A DNA stretch of 55,304 bases from a bacterium (GCA_050125095.1 JASFEA010000003.1:1-55304); one strand, 5' to 3'. Positions 16,405-25,952 are shown, counted from the first letter of the stretch. Notes: generated by a model from the sequence alone, not told the origin. Numbers and translations are program-made.

Positions 16405-19400
16405 ATGTCAAGGATAAGAAGCGGGGATATTATAACGGGGGTGGTGGTGGCCCTCATGGCCATCGCCGTCCCCCTGTCTTCATCTACTGCGGCAGAGACC
16501 ACTTCCGTGAGCCTCAGTATCGAAGCGTCCTCCACACAGGTCGGCGAATCCGGGACTATCTGCTTCCCGGTACCGGAATGCGCCGGAATAGAGGCCGACT
16601 TCACCCTGGACGGACTCCCTCTGAGTATGAGCCTCGTAAAGACGGCCTATATAAGGGACCAGCGTATCGCCGTTTTCAGGGCGAATGACGGCATCCCTGA
16701 GACCGGCGAGATCCAGGTAACGCTGAGTTTCGACGGGGCCGTCGGTCCGGCGCTTGTTGACGCCGGGCCGCTAACGCGCACGTGCTCGGAAGTGCTGACG
16801 GGCTACGGCAGCGCATTCGTGCCCGGGCCGCCTTCGGGCCCCGGTTCCGTGACGAGATGCCAGTCGCTCGCCGACTGCGCCAATGCCGGTGCGGACATCC
16901 TTCTCATAATGGGGCACGCCATCCGCCTCAGCGCTTATGTCGATTCGATCGGAAGACACTGGGCCGAGACCATGGGACTAAATGTCGCGATTATAGACGT
17001 TGACCGGATTTCGGCTTACAGCCCCGTCATGGTCCGCGATTTCATCAAAGCCCTTTACAATACGGGTTCCGCAGAACATTTCGGCGACGGGCACCTGGGC
17101 TTCGTGATTCTCCTGGGTGACGCATATGAAGACGACAATGTGACCCGCATGGTCCCTGAATACGACGGCTACGGGGGAGACGCGGAGGCCTCGGACCACT
17201 TCTACGCATGCATAAAGGGCGACGACGAGTTCGAGGACATAATGATAGGGCGCATCCCCGTCGGAAACGAGCTCGAGCTGGCCTATTACTACGCCAAGCT
17301 CACGTCCTACACCCCCCTGCCGGCAGAGGACTGGACCAGGTCCTTCCTCTTCGCGGGCGGCTGCTTCTTTGCTTTGAAGCAGGACTATGTGAATCTGTTC
17401 GACAGCCTGGCGGTCTACCTGCCGCCGGACGTGCATGACTCGCGTTATTACAGGTACGACTTCCCACAGACCGACCCCGGGGACGCCCAGGCCATACAGG
17501 CCATGGTCGACTCGCTTGAGGCGGGCCGCCTGTTCGTCATGTACTGCGGCCACGCCGACCGCTGGAACTGGGGCGGCAGATTCGAGAGGGTCTTCGGAAG
17601 CGGCCGCATTCCGGATCTGGCGAATGCCGACCGGCTCCCGATAATCCTCTCTATCGCATGCTACAGCGGGTGGTTCGACAACACGGAATACACTTTCTCG
17701 GACGGCGGGGTCGACTGCTTCGCCGAGCGCCTGCTTACGAATCCCGGCGGCGGCGCGGTGGCATGCCTGGCATCGTCCAGGGATACCGGCGGCGGGGCAT
17801 CGACCGAGTTCACGTCCCAGATCATAAGAGCGGCCTATGTCAACGGGTCCAGTTATCTGGGCGAGCTCATGCTCGAGGCCAAGACGAGGCATCTCTGCCG
17901 CCTCGGGAATATCGAGTACGTAAGGCAGTTCAACCTGTTCGGAGACCCATGCCTCAACTTCGTTCTCAACCAGGAACCTGTCAGCCAGCCCGATCTCGTG
18001 CTGAGGCCTTACCACGTGAAAGTATCCCCCGAGTTCATCAAGAACGGGGAAACGGTAACGGTGACGGCGGAAGTCTGGAACGCCGGCGGCGAGAGCGTTG
18101 CGGAATTCGACGTTGCCATCTATGACGGCGACCCGGACGCCGGCGGCGAACTCGTGGGGGTCGAGACCCTCGCCGACTTCTGGGGCTGGGAGAAGCGCTG
18201 GGTGGAATTCGAAATTCATGGCGCCGAGGGCGGGGCCCTGGACATACACCTGGTGGCCGACCCGGAAGAGATGATTCCGGAGGTGGATGAGGACAACAAC
18301 ACGACATCCGTCGAGACCTACGTTTACCCGTGCCAGGCCGGCTTCCCGGTAAAGCTCGGCGAAGACGTCAAGGGGCAGGTGATGGCCGACCTGGACGCCG
18401 ACGAGGACCTGGACATATTGGTCACATCGGGCGGGACCCTGGCTCAGGCCCTCACGTCTGACGGCAACACCATATGGCTCAGGGAAAACCTGGGCCAGAA
18501 GGAGTGGTTCGAGAACATAGAGCCGGCGGCATGCGACCTCAACGGCGACGGCGCGACGGAGGTCATCCTCACTACGAAGAGCGCGGTACTGGTGCTTGAG
18601 GGAGCGACCGGCAACACCATCTGGCAGCGTTTCACCGACAACGCCAGCGTGTCCCCCGTGGTGGCAGACCTCGACCATGACGGGAGCTTCGAAGTGCTGC
18701 TGGCCACCTACAACTTCATGGCCGCTAAGATGTACGCCTTCAACACGCAGGGCGCCTACAGGTGGATCTATTCCCTGCCCGGGTCATTCGGGGCCATTAC
18801 CAGTCTTGTCTGCGGGGACTTTGATCAGGACGGTTACCTGGAGGTCATGATGGCCGGAGGCGGCGAGACGGGCAATCTCAGATGCTTCAGCTGTTCCGAT
18901 GACCCGGATGAACAGCCTCATTCCCTCTGGACTTCCCAACTCACCTCTCAGGGTGTCGCCTGCGCGGTCGGCGCCGACATACAGAGGGACGGCGACCTGG
19001 AGATAATAGCCGGCAGCGGGAACAACGTGTACGTCGTGGAGGCGATGACCGGGCAGATCATCGAAACGGTGGAGCTTCCCCACCCGGCTACCAGCCTGTC
19101 AATAGCCGACACAGACAATGATGAGGTCCTCGAGATTCTCTGCACATCGGAAATGGGCTACCTTTACAGGATTGATGACCTGCAGGTTGTGCTGGAGAAA
19201 GACCTGGGAGGCACCCCGGTCGAGGCCCCCATAACGGCCGATCTCGACGGGGATGGGACCACAGAGATCATATGCAGCCTGCGCGAGGGTAAGGTCTGCA
19301 TAATAAGCCCCACGGGCGGCGATTTCATGGCCCCGGTGCCGATAAGGAACATGTGCTACTCGACGCCCGTCGCCGGCGATATAGACATGGACGGGAGGAT

Positions 19401-20835
19401 CGAGGTATTTGCCGGATCGGTCGACTCCGTGCTTTTCGCGCTCGACCTCGGCATTCAGGGCGGCAGAAGCGAGTGGCCCTGCGCGGGGGCGTCCGGCATC
19501 AGGATGGGGATCTACGCCCAGCCCTTCACCGGCATGTTCACCGATGACTTCGTGCTATACGGACGGGTGGACATCGTGGGCGACGTAGTGATCGATGAGG
19601 GAAGCAAGCTCATCATTGAAAGAGGCACCGACATCCGATTGGTCTCCCATGACATTTACGGTGGCGGGGCATCATCACAACTGTGCGAGGTGTTCGTGAG
19701 GGGAGACCTCGTATGCAGGGGAACAAGCCTCCATCCGGTGACCATGACCGGGCTCGCCTATCCCGACGAACCCGGCACGTGGATGGGCATAATGGTGGAG
19801 GATGAGGGCACTGCGACTATATCAAGGACCTCCATTAGAAACGCGGTCACCGGAATCGACTGCCGCAATGACGACATCTATCTGTCCGAGTCGGAGATAT
19901 CGAACTGCATCATGGCCGTCAAGGTGGACGCCACGTCACCCGTGCTTGATAACAACGAGCTTTACAACAACACATATGCCGTTTCGGCCAACGGCGGCAG
20001 TCCCGTCCTTGTCGGGAACAAGATGCATCACAACTCCTACGCGGGCGTGGTGATGTCGGACGGCTGCACCGCGGTCATGGACAAGAACGTCATAAGCAAT
20101 ACCACCAGCGGAAGCGGCCTGGCCTGCTACAACTCCAATCCGACCATACTTCCGGGCAACAAGTTCGAGTACAATGCCTTGAACGGCATCTACCTGGGCA
20201 CAAGCTCCCCCGTCATCGACTCATGTTACGTGGCTTTCAACGGCGACTGCGGCATCAAGGTGGCCATGTCCTCATCACCCGTGATAACAAAGACCTCAAT
20301 TGTCGGAAACAGGTTCGGCTTCGGCATATATAACAACTCCAATCCCGTGCTCGGGGACGACGGGGCGGGGCTCGGCGGGCTCAATGACATTCGGGACAAT
20401 GAGATGCTCGCCATAAAGAACTACACGGCGAATACGATCATGGCCCGGACGAACTGGTGGGGCACCGACACCCCCGAACCGGGGCTATTCATGGGGCCCG
20501 TGGACTATTCGCTGTGGCTTACGACGGCGCCCGCCGGCGTGGATGACATCGACCTTGTTGATAATCTGATGTTCAGTCTCTATCCGAACCCGTTCGTGCA
20601 CCAGGTCAATCTGAGTTTCTCGATTTCTTCCCGCGATGTCCCCCTCGAGGTCAGCATCTACAACGTCCGGGGGAAGCTGGTTAAGAAGGTACTCTCGGAG
20701 GACCACCCGGGTCTGGTCCAGGTCGCCTGGGACGGCACGGACTCGCGCGGCCGCAGGGTGGCGAGCGGGACATATCTGGTCGCCGTCAAGTCGCGTTCGC
20801 ATTGCGTGACGCGAAAGGTGGTACTTCTCCGTTAG
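16405..20835 (+). CDS. peptidase C25 (gingipain/PorU-type cysteine peptidase) fused to CARDB, FG-GAP repeats, right-handed beta-helix and FlgD-Ig/T9SS-type C-terminal domain
   Basis: Start at ATG 16405 (AGGAGAAG SD). C25 core FVILLGD, MIGRIPV, FVMYCGHADRWNW (His codon 17548-17550), LPIILSIACYSGWF (Cys codon 17659-17661), CFAERLL and NLFGDPCL. CARDB at ~17983-18321. Beta-helix at ~19549-20466. C-terminus YPNPFVHQVNLSF...VAWDGTDSRGRRVASGTYLV...RKVVLLR. Confidence 0.85.
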   Translation: MSRIRSGDIITGVVVALMAIAVPLSSSTAAETTSVSLSIEASSTQVGESGTICFPVPECAGIEADFTLDGLPLSMSLVKTAYIRDQRIAVFRANDGIPETGEIQVTLSFDGAVGPALVDAGPLTRTCSEVLTGYGSAFVPGPPSGPGSVTRCQSLADCANAGADILLIMGHAIRLSAYVDSIGRHWAETMGLNVAIIDVDRISAYSPVMVRDFIKALYNTGSAEHFGDGHLGFVILLGDAYEDDNVTRMVPEYDGYGGDAEASDHFYACIKGDDEFEDIMIGRIPVGNELELAYYYAKLTSYTPLPAEDWTRSFLFAGGCFFALKQDYVNLFDSLAVYLPPDVHDSRYYRYDFPQTDPGDAQAIQAMVDSLEAGRLFVMYCGHADRWNWGGRFERVFGSGRIPDLANADRLPIILSIACYSGWFDNTEYTFSDGGVDCFAERLLTNPGGGAVACLASSRDTGGGASTEFTSQIIRAAYVNGSSYLGELMLEAKTRHLCRLGNIEYVRQFNLFGDPCLNFVLNQEPVSQPDLVLRPYHVKVSPEFIKNGETVTVTAEVWNAGGESVAEFDVAIYDGDPDAGGELVGVETLADFWGWEKRWVEFEIHGAEGGALDIHLVADPEEMIPEVDEDNNTTSVETYVYPCQAGFPVKLGEDVKGQVMADLDADEDLDILVTSGGTLAQALTSDGNTIWLRENLGQKEWFENIEPAACDLNGDGATEVILTTKSAVLVLEGATGNTIWQRFTDNASVSPVVADLDHDGSFEVLLATYNFMAAKMYAFNTQGAYRWIYSLPGSFGAITSLVCGDFDQDGYLEVMMAGGGETGNLRCFSCSDDPDEQPHSLWTSQLTSQGVACAVGADIQRDGDLEIIAGSGNNVYVVEAMTGQIIETVELPHPATSLSIADTDNDEVLEILCTSEMGYLYRIDDLQVVLEKDLGGTPVEAPITADLDGDGTTEIICSLREGKVCIISPTGGDFMAPVPIRNMCYSTPVAGDIDMDGRIEVFAGSVDSVLFALDLGIQGGRSEWPCAGASGIRMGIYAQPFTGMFTDDFVLYGRVDIVGDVVIDEGSKLIIERGTDIRLVSHDIYGGGASSQLCEVFVRGDLVCRGTSLHPVTMTGLAYPDEPGTWMGIMVEDEGTATISRTSIRNAVTGIDCRNDDIYLSESEISNCIMAVKVDATSPVLDNNELYNNTYAVSANGGSPVLVGNKMHHNSYAGVVMSDGCTAVMDKNVISNTTSGSGLACYNSNPTILPGNKFEYNALNGIYLGTSSPVIDSCYVAFNGDCGIKVAMSSSPVITKTSIVGNRFGFGIYNNSNPVLGDDGAGLGGLNDIRDNEMLAIKNYTANTIMARTNWWGTDTPEPGLFMGPVDYSLWLTTAPAGVDDIDLVDNLMFSLYPNPFVHQVNLSFSISSRDVPLEVSIYNVRGKLVKKVLSEDHPGLVQVAWDGTDSRGRRVASGTYLVAVKSRSHCVTRKVVLLR
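18334..19461 (+). repeat. eight FG-GAP/VCBS-type repeats (protein level) in the C25 protein
   Basis: DLDADEDLDILV, DLNGDGATEVIL, DLDHDGSFEVLL, DFDQDGYLEVMM, DIQRDGDLEIIA, DTDNDEVLEILC, DLDGDGTTEIIC and DIDMDGRIEVFA, spaced 44-53 aa apart. Confidence 0.75.
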
Positions 20836-22991
20836 ACCTCGCCCTCATCCACGGGCTCAAGCCCGGCGTACCTGGCGAGTACCTTCTTGACGTTGTTGTG
20901 GCCGAAGTCGACCGTAACGCGGAGCTCCCTGCCATAGCCCTCGCAGGCCTTGACGCGCCCTATGCCCCAATCGGGATGTTTGACCCATGCCCCAACCTGG
21001 ATGACGATCTCCTCGCCCGAGTAGTCCCCATCATCGGCGCCGCCCTGGCCGTACGCCTCGTACACATCGGACAGGTATTCCACGTGCTCCGGGGGAATCT
21101 CGTGAAGGAATCTCGAAACGCTGCGGGTGAGGAACCCGTGGAACCCTCTGCGGCTGGTCGCAATCGAGAGAAACGCGCGCTCGCGTGCCCTTGTCAGCCC
21201 GACGTAGAACAGCCGGCGCTCCTCCTCCACCTCCGCGTCATCCTCCAGGGCAGTGTGATGCGGCAGCAGGCCCTCCTCGACCCCGGCCAGGAAGACAGCC
21301 TTGAACTCCAGCCCCTTGGCGTTATGCAGGGTCATGAGGCTCACCCTCTCCCCGGTGTTGTCCCACATGTCGATATCCATGAGCAGCGATATCTCCTCCA
21401 GGAAAGCCTCGAGTGTCGGCTCCTCGGCGCGCTCCTCGTACTCGTATGCCCCGGCGGCCAGCTCTCTGACATTCTCCAGTCTCGCCACTGCGTCCGGGGT
21501 TCCCTGGTCCTCGAGAAAGGCTATGTAGCCCGTGTCCTGGGCAACGGTGCTGATCAGCTCGCCGATCGAGCCCGAGGCCGCAGCCGACTTGAGCCCGTCA
21601 ATGAGACTCACGAAGTCGGCCAGCTTTCGCCTGATGCCCGGGCCTATCTCCCCGATCCGGCCGGACCCCTCAATTGCCTCGAGAAGGCTGATGTCCTGCT
21701 CCACCGCATGGGACTCCAGACGCGACATGGTGACATCACCGATTCCGCGCGGCGGCACATTGAGTATTCTGCGCAGGCTTATGGAGTCCGCGGGGTTAAC
21801 GAGGACACGGAGGTAGGCGACTATGTCCTTTATCTCCTTCCTCTCGTAGAACCTCGTGCCGCCGACGAGAATATAGGGCATTCCCTGCCTGCGAAGCGCG
21901 TCTTCGATTGCCCTGGACTGGGCGTTGGTCCGGTAGAGCACGGCGACATCCGAGAGGGTCTTGCCCTCCTCTTTCACGAGCTCGGCGATGGTGGCGGCGA
22001 CAAACACCCCCTCTTCCTCTTCGCTCAGCACGCCGTTGACGCCGATCTTCCTGCCCACCGGATTGGCCGTCCAGAGTTCCTTTTCCTTCCGCCTCCTGTT
22101 GTTCTTGATGACGGCCTGCGCCGCCGCCAATATGGTCTTGGTCGACCTGTAGCTCTGTTCGATGCGGATCACCCTGGTGCCCGGGAAGTCTTTTTCGAAA
22201 TTGAGGATATTTGTGACGTCGGCGCCGCGCCACTGGTAAATCGACTGGTCGTCGTCCCCCACGGCGCAGACATTGCCGTGCCCGGACGACAGCAGCCTGA
22301 TGAGTTCGTATTGGGCGAAATTGGTGTCCTGGTATTCGTCTATCAGTATGTAGCGAAATCTACCGCTTACCCGATCGAGCAGTTCGTCATTCGCCCGTAA
22401 AAGCCGGACGGGCATCACGATCAGGTCGTCGAAATCAAGGGCGTTGTTTTCCCGCAGCCCCGCTTCGTAGGCCTCATAGAGCCGCGCCAGCTCCGTGTCC
22501 CGATGGCCCGTGGCCCGCGCGCGGAACTCCTCAGGCTTTATGAGCTGAGACTTGACGGCGCTTATTCTCGAGAGAATCCCGCCAGGTGAGCCCCGCGTCT
22601 CACTCTTCTCCTCCGTCTTGAGAACCTGCTTGATGAGCGCGGCCTGGTCGTGCTCGTCGTAGATGGTGAAGTTAGGGGGAAAACCCAGGCTGCGGGCCTC
22701 GTATCTCAGTATGCGCGCGCAGATGGAATGAAAAGTGCCGATCCACATCCCATGCCCCACGTCCCCGACCAGCGACCTGACGCGGTCCCGCATCTCGCCC
22801 GCCGCCTTCCTGGTGAAGGTGACGGCCAGAACGTCGTGAGGGCTCACGCCCATCGGGCCCACCAGATAAGCTATCCTGTAGGCAAGCACTCTCGTCTTGC
22901 CTGTCCCGGCTCCGGCGAGAACCAGAAGCGGACCCTCCGTTGATGTAACCGCCTCCCGTTGCGGGGAATTCAGTTCATGGAGAAGATCCAA
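20832..22991 (-). CDS. uvrD: ATP-dependent DNA helicase, UvrD/PcrA/Rep family
   Basis: 719 aa. TTG start directly after the upstream stop (TAGTTG), with SD GGGGGAG. LNSPQREAV, VLAGAGTGKT, ILIDEYQDTN and VGLTRA motifs. Confidence 0.9.
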   Translation of the reverse strand: MDLLHELNSPQREAVTSTEGPLLVLAGAGTGKTRVLAYRIAYLVGPMGVSPHDVLAVTFTRKAAGEMRDRVRSLVGDVGHGMWIGTFHSICARILRYEARSLGFPPNFTIYDEHDQAALIKQVLKTEEKSETRGSPGGILSRISAVKSQLIKPEEFRARATGHRDTELARLYEAYEAGLRENNALDFDDLIVMPVRLLRANDELLDRVSGRFRYILIDEYQDTNFAQYELIRLLSSGHGNVCAVGDDDQSIYQWRGADVTNILNFEKDFPGTRVIRIEQSYRSTKTILAAAQAVIKNNRRRKEKELWTANPVGRKIGVNGVLSEEEEGVFVAATIAELVKEEGKTLSDVAVLYRTNAQSRAIEDALRRQGMPYILVGGTRFYERKEIKDIVAYLRVLVNPADSISLRRILNVPPRGIGDVTMSRLESHAVEQDISLLEAIEGSGRIGEIGPGIRRKLADFVSLIDGLKSAAASGSIGELISTVAQDTGYIAFLEDQGTPDAVARLENVRELAAGAYEYEERAEEPTLEAFLEEISLLMDIDMWDNTGERVSLMTLHNAKGLEFKAVFLAGVEEGLLPHHTALEDDAEVEEERRLFYVGLTRARERAFLSIATSRRGFHGFLTRSVSRFLHEIPPEHVEYLSDVYEAYGQGGADDGDYSGEEIVIQVGAWVKHPDWGIGRVKACEGYGRELRVTVDFGHNNVKKVLARYAGLEPVDEGEV

Positions 22992-25952
22992 CTAGAAATC
23001 TCCCCCGAGCGTGAAGTGCACTCGCTTTTGCGCCGGGCCGCCGAAGTTCGTGGCCCAGGCGAAATCGAGCCTCATGAGAAGGTAAGAGAAGACCATCCTG
23101 AAGCCGAAACCGTAGGCGGCGTGGAAGTCGGCTAGCTGCTGGGAGCCCTCCACGGTGTGCATCCAGCGGACGTCGTTGAACTGCCCGTTCCAGGCGCTTC
23201 CTATGTCGAAGAAGAACACGCCGCGGATGCCTCCGAGCATCAGCGGAATCGGGCCGCGCGTCACCAGCCGGTCGATGAATGGATAGCGGAGCTCCAAGCT
23301 GGCGAAGGCCATGTTATTGCCCTCGAACTGGAAATCGGGATAGCCCCTGAGCGTGTATCCTCCGCCGAGCGAGAAGACCACGGGATCCAGGCCCTGGCTC
23401 GTTGCCGCGCTCATCCGGAACGCCAGCGATGTGCTGGAGGTGAACCGGAAGTACTTGCGGAAGTCCACATAGCCCGAGTTGTAGTTGAGGTCGCTTCCGA
23501 GCACATCCACTATGCTTTTGTCGAAGCTCAGGAAATACCTCGTGCCGCCGACGGGCCCCATCATCCCCCAAATCGTGTTGTCCTTCACGTACGACAGGCG
23601 GACCGAATAGAGATCGTATGAATTGCGCGACGCGATTATGGGCGCCGGCAGGTACTCGGAACCGTCCTCAAAGATCTCGCGGTCTATTCTCTGAGCCGTG
23701 AACTCAAGGTCTACTCGCCTGAACTTATCGAGCGGGTAGGACAGCGCAAGCAGCCCGCCGTAGTTCCGCTCGGAGAAGAAGCGGTCCACCCTTCCCTCGC
23801 CGATGGGTATCCCCATGGTCGAACGGCTCGCGTAGTAGTAGTTCTTGAAGTGAAAGACGCCGAACCCGTAATTTATCCTGTGCTTGAGGTAGTTATATAT
23901 CCCCAGGAAGTCAGTTTCCTGGAAGGAAGAGAAGAACTCCGTGGCAATCGAGATCCTGTGATTGCCGAGAACGTCGCTCACGGACAGCTGGGTGAAACCA
24001 CCGAGGCCGTATGCCGTGCTGTACTGGAAGGACCCGCCGACGTAATCGGGCGTGAAGTTGATGCGGTACGGCTTTACCTCATAGTCGAGAGCTTGTTCGA
24101 TCAGCGCGCTGTCCGCGATTCCCGGCGCCATGTCGATAACCGGCGGCGCAAACGCTATTGTGCTGCGCTCCTCCAGCCAGGGCGCTTCCCACGTCCAGTC
24201 TTCTTCCTTCTGCTTCCGTATTATGCCGAGGTTCTCGGCCGGATTCTTGATCTGGAAGACGTCCCAGCCCGCTTCATTGAAGCAGCTGAAGGCGATGCGG
24301 TTACCCTCTCGCGACCATGACGGGGTGAAGATGCCGCCCAGGATGTTGGTTATCTGTGCAGTAGTCGAGTCACCGAAGTCATAGATGAAGAGGTTATAGG
24401 ACCCGTCCCTGTCCGAAACGAACATGAGCCTGTCGTTCTCCTCCCCCCAGACCGGCGAGAGGTCCTCGCACTCGCAGTAGGTGACCCGCTCGGTCACGCC
24501 GTGGTCTATATCGAGCACGTAGATGTCGCGCGTCGGCTTGACCCAGGGCCCCACGCGGGAGATCTCGCACAGAGAATCCACGCAGCCGGGGGCTATGGCC
24601 GAGAACGCGATCCTGCTGGCGTCGGCCGAGAACGCTATGGCCGAGTACTCCAACGCGCCGGAGTGTATCTCCTCCACCTCGCCCGACTCGATGTCCAGCG
24701 AATATATCCCGGCCGCCCCCCTCCGGGTTCCCACGAAGGCGATGGAACTGCCTTCCGGCGACCAGGCCGGATAGCTCATGGTGTCGAATTCGGGCTGGAA
24801 TCTCTCGAGGTTCTTACCACCGGGAGCGTCTATGATGTACAGGGCGTCGCCCTTGCCCCGCTTACTCACGAAGGCTATCCGTCTGCTGTCCGGGGACCAG
24901 GCGAAACTGCTCCTCAGGCTATGGAACGACTCGAAGTCCTGGGATCTCTGTCCTTTGACGAGGCGCCGGATCTCCCTGCCGTCGATCGCCGACATCAGGT
25001 ATATGTCGTAATAGCCGCTCTTGTCTGAAAGATAGACGATCAGCTGGCCATCGGGCGAAATGGACGGCATGCCGTTTACGAAGGAGTCCCCCTTGCGGTG
25101 GTCCGTGAGCCTCTGGGCCACTTCATCCGGCTCGTCCTTTGAGGAGATATCCGGCCAGTACCGCTCGCGAAGATACTCGGACCACGATTCCGTGAGCCCC
25201 TGAGTGTCCACGCCGATTGTGTTCATGAGCGCCGCGTCTATATTCCTGGTCGAGGCCACCGCCTGCAGGATGTCGGGGATCTTCTCGGGGCCGTACTTGT
25301 CGGCGATGTACCTTATAACGGACTGGCCCTGTTTATAGGCCAGGTACCCGTACACGTCGTAGTACAGGGGGAAGTAGTAGCCGCTTATGGCCGCGTCCCG
25401 CATAACCATCTCGGCCTCCGTGTCCCAGGCCGAAGCCTCGAACTCGGGTATCCCCTCCATGAACCACAGGGGCAGCCGGAACAGGTACTGGCGCGTGAAT
25501 ATGGACTCCAGCAGGCCTCCGTATACTATGTCGAAAGTGAAAACATGCGTGAGCTCGTGATATACAAGATGCCTCAGGTCTTCATAGGAACCGTTGAAAT
25601 GTATGACCACGCGGTTCTTGAAAATCTCCGTGAACCCCTCCGTCCCCTCCTCAAGAAGAGACATCGTCACGTTCGTCTGCTGGAACTCGTGGTGGGAGGC
25701 GTATACGATTATGGGGGTCCGCTTCCCCAGCTCGTGTTTGAGATGCGAGCTGAGCGAATCGTATGAGGCGTCGGCAATGACCGCAACGCGCCGCGCAAGG
25801 TCCTCTTCGCCCTCGTAATAGTAAACGTCGAAGTACTTGGAGGCAAGTACCGCCCAGTCGAATACCCTGTACTGCACCTTGTTCTTGCCGAACCCCGCGG
25901 CAAGCGACGGGATGAGAAGGAGCAGCAACATTGTAAGAGCAATCCGCCTCAT
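22992..25952 (-). CDS. outer-membrane chimera: MA-clan HExxH peptidase-like domain + TolB-type PD40 beta-propeller + Omp85 (surface antigen D15) beta-barrel
   Basis: 986 aa, signal peptide MRRIALTMLLLLLIPSLAAG. YHELTHVF (25545-25559) followed by WFMEGIPEF. PD40-like ISPDGQLIVYLSDKSGYYDIYLM, WSPDSRRIAFVS and WSPEGSSIAFVG. C-terminal barrel ends ...VHFTLGGDF (terminal Phe). Confidence 0.8.
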   Translation of the reverse strand: MRRIALTMLLLLLIPSLAAGFGKNKVQYRVFDWAVLASKYFDVYYYEGEEDLARRVAVIADASYDSLSSHLKHELGKRTPIIVYASHHEFQQTNVTMSLLEEGTEGFTEIFKNRVVIHFNGSYEDLRHLVYHELTHVFTFDIVYGGLLESIFTRQYLFRLPLWFMEGIPEFEASAWDTEAEMVMRDAAISGYYFPLYYDVYGYLAYKQGQSVIRYIADKYGPEKIPDILQAVASTRNIDAALMNTIGVDTQGLTESWSEYLRERYWPDISSKDEPDEVAQRLTDHRKGDSFVNGMPSISPDGQLIVYLSDKSGYYDIYLMSAIDGREIRRLVKGQRSQDFESFHSLRSSFAWSPDSRRIAFVSKRGKGDALYIIDAPGGKNLERFQPEFDTMSYPAWSPEGSSIAFVGTRRGAAGIYSLDIESGEVEEIHSGALEYSAIAFSADASRIAFSAIAPGCVDSLCEISRVGPWVKPTRDIYVLDIDHGVTERVTYCECEDLSPVWGEENDRLMFVSDRDGSYNLFIYDFGDSTTAQITNILGGIFTPSWSREGNRIAFSCFNEAGWDVFQIKNPAENLGIIRKQKEEDWTWEAPWLEERSTIAFAPPVIDMAPGIADSALIEQALDYEVKPYRINFTPDYVGGSFQYSTAYGLGGFTQLSVSDVLGNHRISIATEFFSSFQETDFLGIYNYLKHRINYGFGVFHFKNYYYASRSTMGIPIGEGRVDRFFSERNYGGLLALSYPLDKFRRVDLEFTAQRIDREIFEDGSEYLPAPIIASRNSYDLYSVRLSYVKDNTIWGMMGPVGGTRYFLSFDKSIVDVLGSDLNYNSGYVDFRKYFRFTSSTSLAFRMSAATSQGLDPVVFSLGGGYTLRGYPDFQFEGNNMAFASLELRYPFIDRLVTRGPIPLMLGGIRGVFFFDIGSAWNGQFNDVRWMHTVEGSQQLADFHAAYGFGFRMVFSYLLMRLDFAWATNFGGPAQKRVHFTLGGDF

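Noticed and set aside
17041-17061. FIKALYN inside the C25 protein resembles the IKALY / IKSLY C-terminal motif of the two paralogs.
   Set aside because: It is internal, lacks the SWG part, and lies in the segment just before the FVILLGD strand where C25 peptidases commonly have a similar amphipathic helix. Most likely coincidence.
16978-18678. Very long ORFs antisense to confidently assigned genes. Examples: 566 aa at 16978-18678 opposite the C25 gene; 532 aa at 20802-22400 opposite uvrD; 384 aa at 7967-9121; 381 aa at 30585-31730; 375 aa at 43822-44949; 337 aa at 32615-33628; 299 aa at 11087-11986.
   Set aside because: Their translations are Arg/Gly/Pro/Ala-rich and low in complexity, with no motifs, no SD and no plausible starts. 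The opposite strand carries clear family signatures in each case. This is the usual stop-codon-poor antisense frame of GC-rich DNA.
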